Shown here piece by piece: positions 35,916 to 38,893 of a stretch of 38,893 nt of DNA; the stretch's first letter is position 1; every line of letters starts with the position of its first letter. This stretch comes from Nanobdellati archaeon (GTDB lineage: Archaea > Nanobdellota > Nanobdellia > Woesearchaeales > JAADFO01). The stretch is from the NCBI GenBank assembly GCA_013152815.1, contig JAADFO010000026.1, forward strand, positions 1-38,893, written 5' to 3'. The position numbers and the translations under genes were made by a program. The notes beneath the pieces are model-generated. The model was given only the letters and a program-made list of their open reading frames with translations, did no database searches and was not told where the DNA came from.

Positions 35916-36452
35916 TTATCCACGTTCATTTCTTTCCTCTTCTTTTCTCTGGTTCCTTTCTTCCGGAAGGTATGTGAGGAACATCCTGGTCTTGACCTTC
36001 CAGGCGTCGAAGAAGGAATTCATCTCAGAGATGTTTCTTACAGGGACCATCAATGCGTTGCGTCCGACCATCCTGGCTCCGAGCTTCTGGAGGGCTCCTT
36101 CTTGGCTGTTCCTGCCTCTGAGTGCGTAGCCGAAGCGGGTCTTCTGGACGTGGTCCAGCCCATCAAGGGCATAGGTGAGAGCCATGGTCGGCACCAGACC
36201 GAGGGCTTTGCCATAGTCCCTCTTGCGAAGCACAGATGTGCTGTCGCAGAAGAGCCTGACCAGCTCTCCGCTGTCCATGAGCTGCTCCAGCGTGATTACG
36301 TGGCGATATCGTTTCCTGAGCCTGTTCAGGGCTGTTGGATCGGGGGTGTTCCGCAGGACAAGCCACTCCTGATTATCGAGAAGAAGAAGATCATACACCT
36401 CTTTTGCATCCAAGTAGGGAAATAACTCGCCCATGTGGTTTATTATCAACAA
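35916..36452 (-). CDS. Hypothetical protein; C-terminal part may adopt a Cas2/PaaX-like ferredoxin fold
   Basis: 178-aa ORF filling the gap; LTYALDGL...KTRFGYALRGR...LQKLGARMVGRNALMVP; the fold is a guess. Confidence 0.6.
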   Translation of the reverse strand: MLIINHMGELFPYLDAKEVYDLLLLDNQEWLVLRNTPDPTALNRLRKRYRHVITLEQLMDSGELVRLFCDSTSVLRKRDYGKALGLVPTMALTYALDGLDHVQKTRFGYALRGRNSQEGALQKLGARMVGRNALMVPVRNISEMNSFFDAWKVKTRMFLTYLPEERNQRKEEERNERG

Positions 36453-36692
36453 GCAGGCTTTTTATAGCTTTTGTTGTTGCTTATCAACACTCCCTCTTCT
36501 TTTTTTTCTTTTTTTTTCTTTCGGGACGCTCGCCTGTTCTCTTCGCTTCCTTTCCTTCTGATGCATTCACCGTTCTCTGCAGGGCTTGTCTGTCCGTCTG
36601 TGCGACCCTGTATCTAAAACTATAAAAGACACCGGTCCCTGCTCCATCACCAGTGTTCAGTGCCCCTGTGTTTGTTATCTGGAGGGAATTCA

Positions 36693-37706
36693 ATGATTCA
36701 GATGCCGTTCGAAAAGATTGTGGAGAAGATTACGCAGGCCGCAGGGCTTTCTGCTGAAGAGATACAAGCCAAGATCACCGAGAAGATGACCCAACTCTCC
36801 GGGCTCATCTCCAAAGAGGGCGCTGCTCACATCATCGCCAATGAACTGGGGGTCAAGCTCTTCGATCTTTCCAAGAAGGTCGCCATCGGGGATCTCCTTC
36901 CGGGCATGCGTGACCTGAAGGTGGCAGGAAAAGTCGTCCAGGTCTTCGAGATCCGGGAGTTCCAGACAGGTGAACGGAAAGGCAAAGTCGGGACATTCGT
37001 GCTTGGAGATCCGACTGGCCAGATGCGGGTCGTGCTCTGGAATGACATGGCAGACAATCTCGAGAAGCTGGTTCCGGGCATGGTGGTGCGTCTTGAAAAT
37101 GTTGTGGTGCGGGACAACCAGAGCAGGACCGAGATCCATCTCAACGATAAGTCAAAGATCCTCCTTGATCCCGAAGGGGAGGTTGTGGGGGACGTTGCTG
37201 CGGTGCAAAAACCCGCGGTCCTGCAGAAGAAGATCAAAGACCTGGCCGAGGCAGATAGCAATGTCTCGTTGCTTGGTACGGTCGTCCAGATATTCGATCC
37301 CCGTTTTTTCGACAGAAACCGGAAAAAACAGGAGACCGATCCTGCTTCCAACCCCCCTGACTGGTCCTATGTCCTCAATGTCTTCCTTGACGACGGTTCT
37401 GACAATATCCGTGTCGTCTGCTTTGGGGATGCGGTCGAGACGCTCACCAAGAAAAGTCGTCAGGAGTTGATGGCCATGAAGGATGATCCCGGCGCCTTTG
37501 AACCGATAAAGACCGAGCTCCTGGGGCAGATCGTCCGCTTCCAGGGGAGGGTGACCAAGAACAAGATGTTCGACCGGCTCGAGTTCATCGCCAACCAGGT
37601 CGAACGCGACCTCGACCCTGAGAAGGAGTTGGCTGTCCTCGAAAAGGAACAGCAGCCCGTTCCTGCGGCTTCCGCTCCTGTTGGCGGTGACCGACAGGAT
37701 GCCTGA
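36693..37706 (+). CDS. rpa: Replication protein A / OB-fold ssDNA-binding protein
   Basis: N-terminal LSGLISKEGAAHIIANELGV; OB folds (GKV...GDPTG.MRVVLW; LDDGSDNIRVVCF); GGAGG SD before ATG 36693. Confidence 0.88.
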   Translation: MIQMPFEKIVEKITQAAGLSAEEIQAKITEKMTQLSGLISKEGAAHIIANELGVKLFDLSKKVAIGDLLPGMRDLKVAGKVVQVFEIREFQTGERKGKVGTFVLGDPTGQMRVVLWNDMADNLEKLVPGMVVRLENVVVRDNQSRTEIHLNDKSKILLDPEGEVVGDVAAVQKPAVLQKKIKDLAEADSNVSLLGTVVQIFDPRFFDRNRKKQETDPASNPPDWSYVLNVFLDDGSDNIRVVCFGDAVETLTKKSRQELMAMKDDPGAFEPIKTELLGQIVRFQGRVTKNKMFDRLEFIANQVERDLDPEKELAVLEKEQQPVPAASAPVGGDRQDA

Positions 37707-38176
37707 TGCGATTCATGAACCATTTCCTGTTCTCTTTGCTCCTTTCACTCGCGGGTCTGATCCTGTTCCGGCCATCCTGGCCTCTCTTGTACCTTTTTTT
37801 GGGGCTTGTTTCCGGGCTCTTGCCTGATATTGACGAATCCCGTTCCTTTCTGGGCAGAAAGATAAGGCCGGTGGGCTGGTTGCTCAAGCATCGTGGCATC
37901 ACCCACAGCGCGCTTCCTGTGTTCTTTTTGGGATTCGGCATCTGGCTGGTCACCAAGGATTTTGTATTTGTCTATATGGTGGCTGTCCCCTATTCAGGTC
38001 ATCTCCTTCTGGACAGCTTTACCAAGGCAGGAATCAAACCCCTCTTGCCCTTTTCAAGACGCTCTGTCCACGGGCCCTTCAGGACAGGAGGTCTGTTCGA
38101 CAGGATGCTTCAGTTTTTTTGGCTTTTTATCATCGCGTTTCTTATGGTGTGGGCTATTCAGCTTTTTCTTCCATAA
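37706..38176 (+). CDS. YdjM-like membrane metal-dependent hydrolase
   Basis: N-terminal His, LLPDID, HRGITHS, HLLLDSFT..GI..L.P. Confidence 0.88.
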   Translation: MRFMNHFLFSLLLSLAGLILFRPSWPLLYLFLGLVSGLLPDIDESRSFLGRKIRPVGWLLKHRGITHSALPVFFLGFGIWLVTKDFVFVYMVAVPYSGHLLLDSFTKAGIKPLLPFSRRSVHGPFRTGGLFDRMLQFFWLFIIAFLMVWAIQLFLP

Positions 38177-38261
38177 CCTTCTTAAAGCGGTGCCTATTCT
38201 GCACATCTTGTTTGGAATTGATTAGAGACCTATCTTAAATTGCTGATGAGGTGGTTTTACC

Positions 38262-38893
38262 ATGGACGATGAGCAGTGTAAGGGTTGTTGCAGACCGAGA
38301 GCGAGAGTTGGTGATGTTGTCGAGAATTTCAAGCTTGAAGCCTACCATGGCGATGAGACCAGGCTGGTGTCGCTTTCTGACTATAAGGGCAAATGGGTCG
38401 TCCTGCTGTTCTATCCGGCAGACTTCACCTTTGTCTGTCCTACCGAATTGTCTGAGGCCGCCGACATGTATGAGCAGTTCCAGAAGGAGAACGCAGAGAT
38501 CCTGTCTGTCTCTACCGACACGGTCTTTGCGCATAAGGCCTGGCACGACACATCTGATACCATCAAGAAGATAAAGTATCCGATGCTTGCCGATCCCAAC
38601 GGCAGGCTGTGCAGGTACTTCGGGACATACATCAAGGGAAGGATGCACGATGTGCAGGAACCCCCTGTCGAAGACCAGGGCCTTTCCTTGAGGGGGACGT
38701 TCATCATCGATCCGAAGGGTGTCTTGAAGAGCGCGGACATCCACGACAATTCCATCGGCAGGAACGCGAAAGAGATCCTCCGCAAGCTGCAGGCAGCGAA
38801 GTTCACAGAAGAGCATCAGGGAATGGTCTGTCCAGCTTCGTGGACTCCCGGCGGCGAGACACTCAAGCCGGGGCTTGACCTGGTCGGAAAGAT
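38262..38893 (+). CDS. ahpC: Typical 2-Cys peroxiredoxin (AhpC); stop lies just beyond the window
   Basis: Not in the ORF track; hand translation MDDEQCKGCCRP...FYPADFTFVCPTE...RGTFIIDP...IGRN...VCPASWTPGGETLKPGLDLVGK. Confidence 0.95.
   Translation, partial: MDDEQCKGCCRPRARVGDVVENFKLEAYHGDETRLVSLSDYKGKWVVLLFYPADFTFVCPTELSEAADMYEQFQKENAEILSVSTDTVFAHKAWHDTSDTIKKIKYPMLADPNGRLCRYFGTYIKGRMHDVQEPPVEDQGLSLRGTFIIDPKGVLKSADIHDNSIGRNAKEILRKLQAAKFTEEHQGMVCPASWTPGGETLKPGLDLVGK

Overview
Archaeal chromosomal window, inferred to be DPANN (Woesearchaeota-like) from gene content and protein style. Bases 1-11135 hold 16 consecutive minus-strand genes that all begin with a class III (type IV prepilin-like) signal peptide; three of them (two mini-pilins and a gene running off the left edge) are missing from the ORF track. 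Four carry domains that act on bacterial peptidoglycan. Two look intact: an SLT lytic transglycosylase and an M15 Zn peptidase, each fused to the same ~190-aa six-Cys carrier domain. Two look degenerate: an Amidase_3 (first Zn ligand His->Phe) and a second SLT (catalytic Glu->Ser). Four short pilins end in a beta-defensin-like six-Cys head; two of these share a perfect 91-bp repeat and one is frameshifted. This is the candidate new system: an archaeal pilus-like assembly equipped to bind and breach bacterial cell walls. The rest is mostly core genes: PCNA, GT-C glycosyltransferase, FNR-like reductase, MscS, TrxB, EndA, RNase Z, histone, Hjc, a probable oriC (ORBs around an AT-rich core) upstream of cdc6-DP1-DP2, DUF424, aIF-2beta, two large Ig/cadherin-like surface proteins, RPA, a YdjM-like hydrolase and AhpC. 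All family calls come from motif recognition by eye; no database searches were run.
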